A stretch of DNA of 64,000 bases from Balanoglossus misakiensis (taxonomy: Eukaryota; Animalia; Hemichordata): positions 12,872,987 to 12,936,986 of the forward strand of contig CM082583.2 in the NCBI GenBank assembly GCA_040954595.2, written 5' to 3'. The translations under genes were made by a program, and so were the position numbers. Shown here piece after piece: positions 53,001-64,000 of the stretch (positions are counted from its first letter, which is position 1; each line of letters opens with the position of its first letter). A model generated the notes under the pieces. It did no database searches and had not been told where the DNA came from. It worked only from the letters and a program-made list of their open reading frames with translations.

Positions 53001-56000
53001 TTTCCTGAGCTATAACCCATGGTTTTTTCAAAAAATGACCAAATTTTGAAAATTCGCAAAGTCGAAAAATCGTCGATTTTTGAACATTTTCCTGAGCTAT
53101 AACCCATGGTTTTTTCAAAAAATGACCAAATTTTGAAAATTCGCAAAGTCGAAAAATCGTCGATTTTTGAACATTTTCCTGAGCTATAACCCATGGTTTT
53201 TTCAAAAAATGACCAAATTTTGAAAATTCGCAAAGTCGAAAAATCGTCGATTTTTGAACATTTTCCTGAGCTATAACCCATGGTTTTTTCAAAAAATGAC
53301 CAAATTTTGAAAATTCGCAAAGTCGAAAAATCGTCGATTTTTGAACATTTTCCTGAGCTATAACCCATGGTTTTTTTCAAAAAATGACCAAATTTTGAAA
53401 ATTCGCAAAGTCGAAAAATCGTCGATTTTTGAACATTTTCCTGAGCTATAACCCATGGTTTTTTCAAAAAATGACCAAATTTTGAAAATTCGCAAAGTCG
53501 AAAAATCGTCGATTTTTGAACATTTTCCTGAGCTATAACCCATGGTTTTTTCAAAAAATGACCAAATTTTGAAAATTCGCAAAGTCGAAAAATCGTCGAT
53601 TTTTGAACATTTTCCTGAGCTATAACCCATGGTTTTTTTCAAAAAATGACCAAATTTTGAAAATTCGCAAAGTCGAAAAATCGTCGATTTTTGAACATTT
53701 TCCTGAGCTATAACCCATGGTTTTTTCAAAAAATGACCAAATTTTGAAAATTCGCAAAGTCGAAAAATCGTCGATTTTTGAACATTTTCCTGAGCTATAA
53801 CCCATGGTTTTTTCAAAAAATGACCAAATTTTGAAAATTCGCAAAGTCGAAAAATCGTCGATTTTTGAACATTTTCCTGAGCTATAACCCATGGTTTTTT
53901 TCAAAAAATGACCAAACTTTGAAAATTCGCAAAGTCGAAAAATCGTCGATTTTTGAACATTTTCCTGAGCTATAACCCATGGTTTTTTCAAAAAATGACC
54001 AAATTTTGAAAATTCGCAAAGTCGAAAAATCGTCGATTTTTGAACATTTTCCTGAGCTATAACCCATGGTTTTTTCAAAAAATGACCAAATTTTGAAAAT
54101 TCGCAAAGTCGAAAAATCGTCGATTTTTGAACATTTTCCTGAGCTATAACCCATGGTTTTTTCAAAAAATGACCAAATTTTGAAAATTCGCAAAGTCGAA
54201 AAATCGTCGATTTTTGAAACATTTTCCTGAGCTATAACCCATGGTTTTTTCAAAAAATGACCAAATTTTGAAAATTCGCAAAGTCGAAAAATCGTCGATT
54301 TTTGAACATTTTCCTGAGCTATAACCCATGGTTTTTTCAAAAAATGACCAAATTTTGAAAATTCGCAAAGTCGAAAATTCGTCGTTTTTTGAACATTTTC
54401 CTGAGCTATAACCCATGGTTTTTTCAAAAAATGACCAAATTTTCAAAATTCGCAAAGTCGAAAAATCGTCGATTTTTGAACATTTTCCTGAGCTATAACC
54501 CATGGTTTTTTCAAAAAATGACCAAATTTTGAAAATTCGCAAAGTCGAAAATTCGTCGTTTTTTGAACATTTTCCTGAGCTATAACCCATGGTTTTTTCA
54601 AAAAATGACCAAATTTTGAAAATTCGCAAAGTCGAAAAATCGTCGATTTTTGAACATTTTCCTGAGCTATAACCCATGGTTTTTTCAAAAAATGACCAAA
54701 TTTTGAAAATTCGCAAAGTCGAAAAATCGTCGATTTTTGAACATTTTCCTGAGCTATAACCCATGGTTTTTTCAAAAAATGACCAAATTTTGAAAATTCG
54801 CAAAGTCGAAAAATCGTCGATTTTTGAACATTTTCCTGAGCTATAACCCATGGTTTTTTCAAAAAATGACCAAATTTTGAAAATTCGCAAAGTCGAAAAA
54901 TCGTCGATTTTTGAACATTTTCCTGAGCTATAACCCATGGTTTTTTCAAAAAATGACCAAATTTTGAAAATTCGCAAAGTCGAAAAATCGTCGATTTTTG
55001 AACATTTTCCTGAGCTATAACCCATGGTTTTTTCAAAAAATGACCAAATTTTGAAAATTCGCAAAGTCGAAAAATCGTCGATTTTTGAACATTTTCCTGA
55101 GCTATAACCCATGGTTTTTTCAAAAAATGACCAAATTTTGAAAATTCGCAAAGTCGAAAAATCGTCGATTTTTGAACATTTTCCTGAGCTATAACCCATG
55201 GTTTTTTCAAAAAATGACCAAATTTTCAAAATTCGCAAAGTCGAAAAATCCTCGATTTTTGAACATTTTCCTGAGCTATAACCCATGGTTTTTTCAAAAA
55301 ATGACCAAATTTTGAAAATTCGCAAAGTCGAAAAATCGTCGATTTTTGAACATTTTCCTGAGCTATAACCCATGGTTTTTTCAAAAAATGACCAAATTTT
55401 GAAAATTCGCAAAGTCGAAAAATCGTCGATTTTTGAACATTTTCCTGAGCTATAACCCATGGTTTTTTCAAAAAATGACCAAATTTTGAAAATTCGCAAA
55501 GTCGAAAAATCGTCGATTTTTGAACATTTTCCTGAGCTATAACCCATGGTTTTTTCAAAAAATGACCAAATTTTGAAAATTCGCAAAGTCGAAAAATCGT
55601 CGATTTTTGAACATTTTCCTGAGCTATAACCCATGGTTTTTTCAAAAAATGACCAAATTTTGAAAATTCGCAAAGTCGAAAAATCGTCGATTTTTGAACA
55701 TTTTCCTGAGCTATAACCCATGGTTTTTTCAAAAAATGACCAAATTTTGAAAATTCGCAAAGTCGAAAAATCGTCGATTTTTGAACATTTTCCTGAGCTA
55801 TAACCCATGTTTTTTTCAAAAAATGACCAAATTTTGAAAATTCGCAAAGTCGAAAAATCGTCGATTTTTGAACATTTTCCTGAGCTATAACCCATGGTTT
55901 TTTCAAAAAATGACCAAATTTTGAAAATTCGCAAAGTCGAAAAATCGTCGATTTTTGAACATTTTCCTGAGCTATAACCCATGGTTTTTTCAAAAAATGA

Positions 56001-59000
56001 CCAAATTTTGAAAATTCGCAAAGTCGAAAAATCGTCGATTTTTGAACATTTTCCTGAGCTATAACCCATGGTTTTTTCAAAAAATGACCAAATTTTGAAA
56101 ATTCGCAAAGTCGAAAAATCGTCGATTTTTGAACATTTTCCTGAGCTATAACCCATGGTTTTTTCAAAAAATGACCAAATTTTGAAAATTCGCAAAGTCG
56201 AAAAATCGTCGATTTTTGAACATTTTCCTGAGCTATAACCCATGGTTTTTTCAAAAAATGACCAAATTTTGAAAATTCGCAAAGTCGAAAAATCGTCGAT
56301 TTTTGAACATTTTCCTGAGCTATAACCCATGGTTTTTTCAAAAAATGACCAAATTTTGAAAATTCGCAAAGTCGAAAAATCGTCGATTTTTGAACATTTT
56401 CCTGAGCTATAACCCATGGTTTTTTCAAAAAATGACCAAATTTTGAAAATTCGCAAAGTCGAAAAATCGTCGATTTTTGAACATTTTCCTGAGCTATAAC
56501 CCATGGTTTTTTCAAAAAATGACCAAATTTTGAAAATTCGCAAAGTCGAAAAATCGTCGATTTTTGAACATTTTCCTGAGCTATAACCCATGGTTTTTTC
56601 AAAAAATGACCAAATTTTGAAAATTCGCAAAGTCGAAAATTCGTCGTTTTTTGAACATTTTCCTGAGCTATAACCCATGGTTTTTTCAAAAAATGACCAA
56701 ATTTTCAAAATTCGCAAAGTCGAAAAATCGTCGATTTTTGAACATTTTCCTGAGCTATAACCCATGGTTTTTTCAAAAAATGACCAAATTTTGAAAATTC
56801 GCAAAGTCGAAAATTCGTCGTTTTTTGAACATTTTCCTGAGCTATAACCCATGGTTTTTTCAAAAAATGACCAAATTTTCAAAATTCGCAAAGTCGAAAA
56901 ATCGTCGATTTTTGAACATTTTCCTGAGCTATAACCCATGGTTTTTTCAAAAAATGACCAAATTTTGAAAATTCGCAAAGTCGAAAAATCGTCGATTTTT
57001 GAACATTTTCCTGAGCTATAACCCATGGTTTTTTTCAAAAAATGACCAAATTTTGAAAATTCGCAAAGTCGAAAAATCGTCGATTTTTGAACATTTTCCT
57101 GAGCTATAACCCATGGTTTTTTCAAAAAATGACCAAATTTTGAAAATTCGCAAAGTCGAAAAATCGTCGATTTTTGAACATTTTCCTGAGCTATAACCCA
57201 TGGTTTTTTCAAAAAATGACCAAATTTTGAAAATTCGCAAAGTCGAAAAATCGTCGATTTTTGAACATTTTCCTGAGCTATAACCCATGGTTTTTTCAAA
57301 AAATGACCAAATTTTGAAAATTCGCAAAGTCGAAAAATCGTCGATTTTTGAACATTTTCCTGAGCTATAACCCATGGTTTTTTCAAAAAATGACCAAATT
57401 TTGAAAATTCGCAAAGTCGAAAAATCGTCGATTTTTGAACATTTTCCTGAGCTATAACCCATGGTTTTTTCAAAAAATGACCAAATTTTCAAAATTCGCA
57501 AAGTCGAAAAATCCTCGATTTTTGAACATTTTCCTGAGCTATAACCCATGGTTTTTTCAAAAAATGACCAAATTTTCAAAATTCGCAAAGTCGAAAAATC
57601 CTCGATTTTTGAACATTTTCCTGAGCTATAACCCATGGTTTTTTCAAAAAATGACCAAATTTTGAAAATTCGCAAAGTCGAAAAATCGTCGATTTTTGAA
57701 CATTTTCCTGAGCTATAACCCATGGTTTTTTCAAAAAATGACCAAATTTTGAAAATTCGCAAAGTCGAAAAATCGTCGATTTTTGAACATTTTCCTGAGC
57801 TATAACCCATGGTTTTTTCAAAAAATGACCAAATTTTGAAAATTCGCAAAGTCGAAAAATCGTCGATTTTTGAACATTTTCCTGAGCTATAACCCATGGT
57901 TTTTTCAAAAAATGACCAAATTTTGAAAATTCGCAAAGTCGAAAAATCGTCGATTTTTGAACATTTTCCTGAGCTATAACCCATGGTTTTTTCAAAAAAT
58001 GACCAAATTTTGAAAATTCGCAAAGTCGAAAAATCGTCGATTTTTGAACATTTTCCTGAGCTATAACCCATGGTTTTTTCAAAAAATGACCAAATTTTGA
58101 AAATTCGCAAAGTCGAAAAATCGTCGATTTTTGAACATTTTCCTGAGCTATAACCCATGGTTTTTTCAAAAAATGACCAAATTTTGAAAATTCGCAAAGT
58201 CGAAAAATCGTCGATTTTTGAACATTTTCCTGAGCTATAACCCATGGTTTTTTCAAAAAATGACCAAATTTTGAAAATTCGCAAAGTCGAAAAATCGTCG
58301 ATTTTTGAACATTTTCCTGAGCTATAACCCATGGTTTTTTCAAAAAATGACCAAATTTTGAAAATTCGCAAAGTCGAAAAATCGTCGATTTTTGAACATT
58401 TTCCTGAGCTATAACCCATGGTTTTTTCAAAAAATGACCAAATTTTGAAAATTCGCAAAGTCGAAAAATCGTCGATTTTTGAACATTTTCCTGAGCTATA
58501 ACCCATGGTTTTTTCAAAAAATGACCAAATTTTGAAAATTCGCAAAGTCGAAAAATCGTCGATTTTTGAACATTTTCCTGAGCTATAACCCATGGTTTTT
58601 TCAAAAAATGACCAAATTTTCAAAATTCGCAAAGTCGAAAAATCGTCGATTTTTGAACATTTTCCTGAGCTATAACCCATGGTTTTTTCAAAAAATGACC
58701 AAATTTTCAAAATTCGCAAAGTCGAAAAATCCTCGATTTTTGAACATTTTCCTGAGCTATAACCCATGGTTTTTTCAAAAAATGACCAAATTTTGAAAAT
58801 TCGCAAAGTCGAAAAATCGTCGATTTTTGAACATTTTCCTGAGCTATAACCCATGGTTTTTTCAAAAAATGACCAAATTTTGAAAATTCGCAAAGTCGAA
58901 AAATCGTCGATTTTTGAACATTTTCCTGAGCTATAACCCATGGTTTTTTCAAAAAATGACCAAATTTTGAAAATTCGCAAAGTCGAAAAATCGTCGATTT

Positions 59001-60030
59001 TTGAACATTTTCCTGAGCTATAACCCATGGTTTTTTTTCAAAAAATGACCAAATTTTGAAAATTCGCAAAGTCGAAAAATCGTCGATTTTTGAACATTTT
59101 CCTGAGCTATAACCCATGGTTTTTTCAAAAAATGACCAAATTTTGAAAATTCGCAAAGTCGAAAAATCGTCGATTTTTGAACATTTTCCTGAGCTATAAC
59201 CCATGGTTTTTTCAAAAAATGACCAAATTTTGAAAATTCGCAAAGTCGAAAAATCGTCGATTTTTGAACATTTTCCTGAGCTATAACCCATGGTTTTTTC
59301 AAAAAATGACCAAATTTTGAAAATTCGCAAAGTCGAAAAATCGTCGATTTTTGAACATTTTCCTGAGCTATAACCCATGGTTTTTTCAAAAAATGACCAA
59401 ATTTTGAAAATTCGCAAAGTCGAAAAATCGTCGATTTTTGATCATTTTCCTGAGCTATAACCCATGGTTTTTTCAAAAAATGACCAAATTTTGAAAATTC
59501 GCACAAAGTCGAAAAATCGTCGATTTTTGAACATTTTCCTGAGCTATAACCCATGGTTTTTTCAAAAAATGACCAAATTTTGAAAATTCGCAAAGTCGAA
59601 AAATCGTCGATTTTTGAACATTTTCCTGAGCTATAACCCATGGTTTTTTCAAAAAATGACCAAATTTTGAAAATTCGCAAAGTCGAAAAATCGTCGATTT
59701 TTGAACATTTTCCTGAGCTATAACCCATGGTTTTTTCAAAAAATGACCAAATTTTGAAAATTCGCAAAGTCGAAAAATCGTCGATTTTTGAACATTTTCC
59801 TGAGCTATAACCCATGGTTTTTTCAAAAAATGACCAAATTTTGAAAATTCGCAAAGTCGAAAAATCGTCGATTTTTGAACATTTTCCTGAGCTATAACCC
59901 ATGGTTTTTTTCAAAAAATGACCAAATTTTGAAAATTCGCAAAGTCGAAAAATCGTCGATTTTTGAACATTTTCCTGAGCTATAACCCATGTTTTTTTCA
60001 AAAAATGACCAAATTTTGAAAATTCGCAAA
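38011..60030. repeat. Tandem satellite DNA array, 87-bp monomer, ~253 copies, very homogeneous
   Basis: Direct reading. The monomer GATTTTTGAACATTTTCCTGAGCTATAACCCATGGTTTTTTCAAAAAATGACCAAATTTTGAAAATTCGCAAAGTCGAAAAATCGTC repeats head-to-tail for ~22,020 bp with only scattered substitutions and 1-3 bp indels. Confidence 0.99.
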
Positions 60031-60312
60031 AAACCAGGGGTTATAGCTCATGAAAATCATCCAGAAATGACAATTTTTCGACTTTCCGAATTTTCAAAAT
60101 TCCTTCATTTTTTCGAAAAAAAACATGGGTTATAGCTCATGAAAATCATCCAGAAATGACAAATTCTCGACTTTGCAAAAATTTGAGATTTCGTCGGATT
60201 TGGACATTTTTCATGGGTTATAGCTCACGAAAACTGTCAAAAACGACAAATTCTCGACTTTGCAAAAATTTGAGATTTTGTCGGAATTGGACATTTTTCA
60301 TGGGTTATAGCT
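60031..60312 (-). repeat. About three diverged satellite monomers in inverted orientation relative to the main array
   Basis: GGGTTATAGCT (reverse complement of the array's AGCTATAACCC) recurs at ~60038, ~60127, ~60215 and ~60302, with 87-89 bp spacing. The first copy closely follows the reverse-complement monomer; later copies are more diverged. Confidence 0.9.
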
Positions 60313-60596
60313 AATGACAAATTGTATTGATTTGAAAATGTAAATTAAGTCCATGCAATAATAATGAAGCCTTGGTAGCATTCTTACCAATCCACAGTCC
60401 TTGCTGGAAAACATGATTTGGAACGTGTTCGCAGATTAACTGGTACGTTCACAATCCTGACTGGCACTGGGGTGACGACGCCAAGGTCGAACTCAGATGT
60501 CAGCCGAGGGGAGTGATATAGTCAAAGTCTTTCATCCAATTCACATTCTCATCAGACGAGAAAAAATGGATGGAAAATTCAAAATTGATTCAACCT

Positions 60597-60602
60597 TTTA
60601 TT
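60597..60602 (-). terminator. Probable polyadenylation signal (AATAAA) of the PWWP3A-like gene
   Basis: TTTATT on the + strand ~600 bp downstream of the stop codon, followed on the minus strand by T-rich sequence. Confidence 0.5.
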
Positions 60603-61203
60603 CATAGCAAGAGCAGAACATGGCTGTAAAAAACATCGAAAAAGCGTTTAGAGCAATCTTCACATTCTGTTGAGGAACTGGTCTTAAAAGTCAACTGTGA
60701 ATTAAAACACCAGAGCATAAACCCTTGGAAATCCTTATTTGCATATGAAAATACAAAGAGTACGATAATAACTCTACTCAAGTGAAGCTTGGAGAATATT
60801 TCACAGAAACTACAATAACCATTTCTGAAATATTACACGGCATCAATACAACCAGCAGAAGTGGCCTCAAAGGTTTTTGGTGCAAATGTAGAGGCCCAGC
60901 ACGTCAGAACCCACATAAACTCCTGTTGAACCATCTTAATGAAATGTATCAAAATTTGTGAATGCCCTATTCAAATTCTAGAAGGTCTACCGCCATGCAA
61001 AAAGAATGTTAATGCACCAAAATACATTCAGTTGTCAAAATACCAAAACTAAGATTTCAGTCAAAATATACATTTTAGCTCACTTCCTTTGGCAAATTAC
61101 AACATAATCTCTTATGGTCATTTTGCTGAAATATTTGTCTGAAAAAATCTGTTACTTGTTGAAGAAAGAGTCGGCTGCAATATGTACTCTGTTGTTGCCC
61201 AGA

Positions 61204-63986
61204 TTATTTATCTCCGCTGTACTGGATGGATCTCTTGGCGCGTTCCAAGACTTCCTGCTGCTGCTCAGTCGTCAGAGTCTGCTGCGGAAAATCGAACAAC
61301 ACTTGGCGGTTGTGGGACTGTTGGTAGTCACCTTCCTTGTAGAAGATATTAACAGCCTCCCTCCGAGAAACTCCTCTCACATTTTCTATCGCCATTAGGA
61401 TTGCCTGTAATGCAAACATACCAGAAAGTCACCAGAATATGGATTATATTGGATTCTTTTAATTTACAATTTAGCATGCACTGAATAGGCTTGTTCAGTT
61501 CAGAAAGGTTTTACAATCCTTTGGCCTCACCTCTGGAATCCACACTTCTGTGATGTATGACATCCCACTATATCCACCAGTTTCTTTCAGAATATTCTCT
61601 TCATAGAGCTTCAGTAGATGTCTGTACAGATCCTCTTGCTAGAATGGACAAAAATACACCCAAGTTCAAATAAAGCACACAGACAGTACTACAAGACATT
61701 GTTGCCACCCTCTCATGACCTCAGCCCTCCCCCACAATTGATGGTACAGTCTGAGTTGCTGCTGGGCCAGCAAAAAGACAACTGACAAGTTTACTGACTC
61801 TTCCCACTTCTGTGTATGTGCTTAAAAGAAATTACCTGATTTTCGTCAACAATGGGGCCAAAACCAGTGAACTTCAGCTGATTCCTCTTGGAAGCTGGTC
61901 CAGTCATGAAGATTTGATGTCTTTCACATGCCTTGGTACCATTAGCTATTGCCAGAAGTTGTTCCTGCGAGGATGAAAGAATCAATTCTATGTTGGCATT
62001 TTTTTTTCAAACAGCTTATACATAAAAAGAGACTTACTTGTCTGCTTTCTAATGATAAAATTTCATTTTTTGAATACAGAAGCAAACATAGATTCCTACA
62101 AAATCCAAATACAGCTGACAAAATCAGAATTTAACAAAGCTGGTGTCACATCAATCTTACCTTCACTGTGTCATTTTTCATGATAAAATCAAGCAGTTTC
62201 TGCATCTTACGTTGACAAGATGTTCCTCTGCAAAGTGAGAAATGAAACTGCTACAATGTACCATAAAATCATTCTGATTGAATAACAAGTTTCTACATGT
62301 ACATGATGTTTGTATGTCTCCAATAGATCAAGAAAACATTAGAAGCCCCATTCTCCATGATATAGATTCTCTGAGACTGAAAGAGGCTCACCTTCTCATC
62401 TCATAAGTTTTCTCTTTCTTCACTTCAAGTTCCTTTGTCAGGTCTTCCGTCTCTTGTTCCTTGTCATCTTCTGACGCTTCAAGGAAGGACACATCTGAGA
62501 AGGGCAAGTCGTCCATCGCCATGTGCTCATCTGATTCATCTGCCAAGTCAGGGATGTTACAGTGTCAGAGGCAAAAGTGAACAGAGCAACAATGTTACAA
62601 AGCTTGAATAAAGCCTTTTCAATAAAAAACTCAATTTTTAAAAATTCAGTTGACTCTGGGAACAATATTTTTTTCTCCCAGTGCTGCCTCGATCTGCCAC
62701 TTACCATCTTTGAAGTAATCCAAGGAGCTGTTTATCTCCAAAGTGCCAAGACCTGTCAGAATGAAATACACGAGTGTCATCAAATCCTCTTTTCCTTGTC
62801 AGTCCTTCCCTATAGTCACACATATCCAGCTAGTCAGGATCCTACACAGAAAGTTGGGCCCACAGACACAAAATGAACAGTTCAGGCCTTCAGGTAGAGT
62901 TTGGGGTCAAAGGTTAAACTTACCTCTTTTTCTGAAATAGTCATCCACTTGTTGTACGCATTCTTTGAATTTATCTGAGCCTTCACTGGCCTAACCGCGA
63001 CAAGACACAAAGAAAGCGGCATGTCAGGAATACAGAGATAGCTTAGTTCAAATTTGATGTCAATCTGATTGAAACATAATTATTGTAAACTGACAGACAA
63101 AAATTTGAGAGCATTAAAATGGTATTATCTGCTTTGAAAAAGATACCTCTTCCAGTAACGGTTGAAATACATATACTTACAATCAAACTGTCTCTTTCAG
63201 GGCAGTTATAAGGTTTTAAGTTCTTAGTACTGATACCATACCTGTGTTTGAGATGAAAATATAATATGAGGGTATTACATCGTTATAAAATAGATGACTG
63301 GCAGATTTCTTCTGATAAAGGGCGACGATCGTCTTATGCTTTGGTGTTCACAATCCGTAATCAATGCTGCAATAACTTGGCCAGTTTGCAACTATGATGT
63401 GCATCAAGCAAGGCTGTATCATTGAAACCTTGTTCATGCACTTACCCTCGTTTTCTTGTTTGTGGATATCCAATAAAATAAAGTGATGCTTTATGTTTCT
63501 TTCTATGGACAGATTTGACCTGAAAAAAGGCAAGTGGCATGTTTATAAGCTTCGGTATTGTGAAGTTAGTGTCAATGAAAATTCAAGTCTTACAGAACAT
63601 GAAACTGTCACTTACAATGGCAGGCCAAGCAGGACACTTCCCAATCCTTGCCCATACAATTTCTTCTGGTTTGAAAATACATGCTGTAGGAATGGAACAC
63701 AAAAGTATCAGATTTCTGATCATGTTAATAGTTTTCAGAGAAATCAATTTTTTTTTATAAACAATGTGGCACAGTAGAATATTCCCAGTTCTTTCAGCAC
63801 ATCATGAAACATGCAGACAAAAAAGAAACCAGCTTGTGTTTCTCTCTACCTTTTTCAGGGGTTGATGTATTTAAGACATCAGGCAAGTTGTCATCATCAT
63901 CATCGTCATCACTTAATGCAGATGACTGATAATCGTCATCATCATCAATCAAGTCCCTTTCCAAGTAACTTGGAATTCCTTTTGTC
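61204..63986 (-). CDS. PWWP3A: PWWP domain-containing DNA repair factor 3 (MUM1/EXPAND1)-like, 5'-partial; complement(join(61204..61404,61531..61638,61836..61964,62161..62227,62392..62539,62705..62752,62924..62990,63181..63241,63446..63519,63616..63683,63850..63986))
   Basis: Eleven small GT-AG exons join in frame. An acidic tract is followed by FKPEEIVWARIGKCPAWPAIVKSVHRKKHKASLYFIGYPQTRKRGYGISTKNLKPYNCPERDSLI...CVQQVDDYFRKRGLG..SSLDYF, which resembles (from memory) the MUM1 PWWP domain (WPAVVKSVR..KKASVLYI..SLKSLKHFDCKE). The C-terminal region QKLLDFIMK..LLAI..YITEVWIPEAILMAI resembles MUM1 QKLVEYIVK..LRAI..FILDVLLPEAIICAI. The gene continues beyond the window. Confidence 0.85.
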
Positions 63987-64000
63987 CTGGTAAGAAATTA

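Noticed and set aside
37843-60001. Giant minus-strand ORFs (up to 2908 aa) of 29-aa repeats
   Set aside because: They are a by-product of an 87-bp monomer lacking stops in two frames. Two overlapping frames are equally open, single-base indels switch frames freely, and there is no unique N- or C-terminal domain.
38011-60030. CRISPR-like array
   Set aside because: There are no unique spacers (the whole 87-mer repeats), no cas genes, and the context is eukaryotic and intron-containing.

Overview
Eukaryotic (animal, probably marine-invertebrate) genomic DNA with GT-AG introns; no prokaryotic features. I reconstructed four spliced genes by hand: (1) a Golgi carbohydrate sulfotransferase of the HNK-1ST/CHST8-14 family (+, 4222-5841, 3 coding exons); (2, 3) two head-to-head paralogous nicotinic acetylcholine receptor alpha subunits of alpha9/alpha10 type (A: -, 12268-7961; B: +, 24853-36533; 6 coding exons each, identical intron phases); (4) the 3' part of a PWWP3A/MUM1-like gene (-, 63986-61204, running off the right edge). 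Between nAChR-B and the PWWP gene lies a ~22 kb, highly homogeneous 87-bp satellite array (38011-60030, ~253 copies). It is bracketed by diverged copies of the same monomer in the opposite orientation and contains a local 19-20-mer higher-order repeat; it also produces all the giant minus-strand ORFs, which I consider artefacts. The best candidate for an undescribed system is the nAChR pair. Both subunits share a remodelled agonist pocket (loop A Tyr to Phe, loop C Tyr198 to Phe, altered loop E) and unusual M2 residues, and they may be transcribed from one CpG-rich bidirectional promoter near 17.6-18.0 kb. This suggests a co-expressed Cys-loop channel possibly tuned to a ligand other than acetylcholine. 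That interpretation is inference and is untested.
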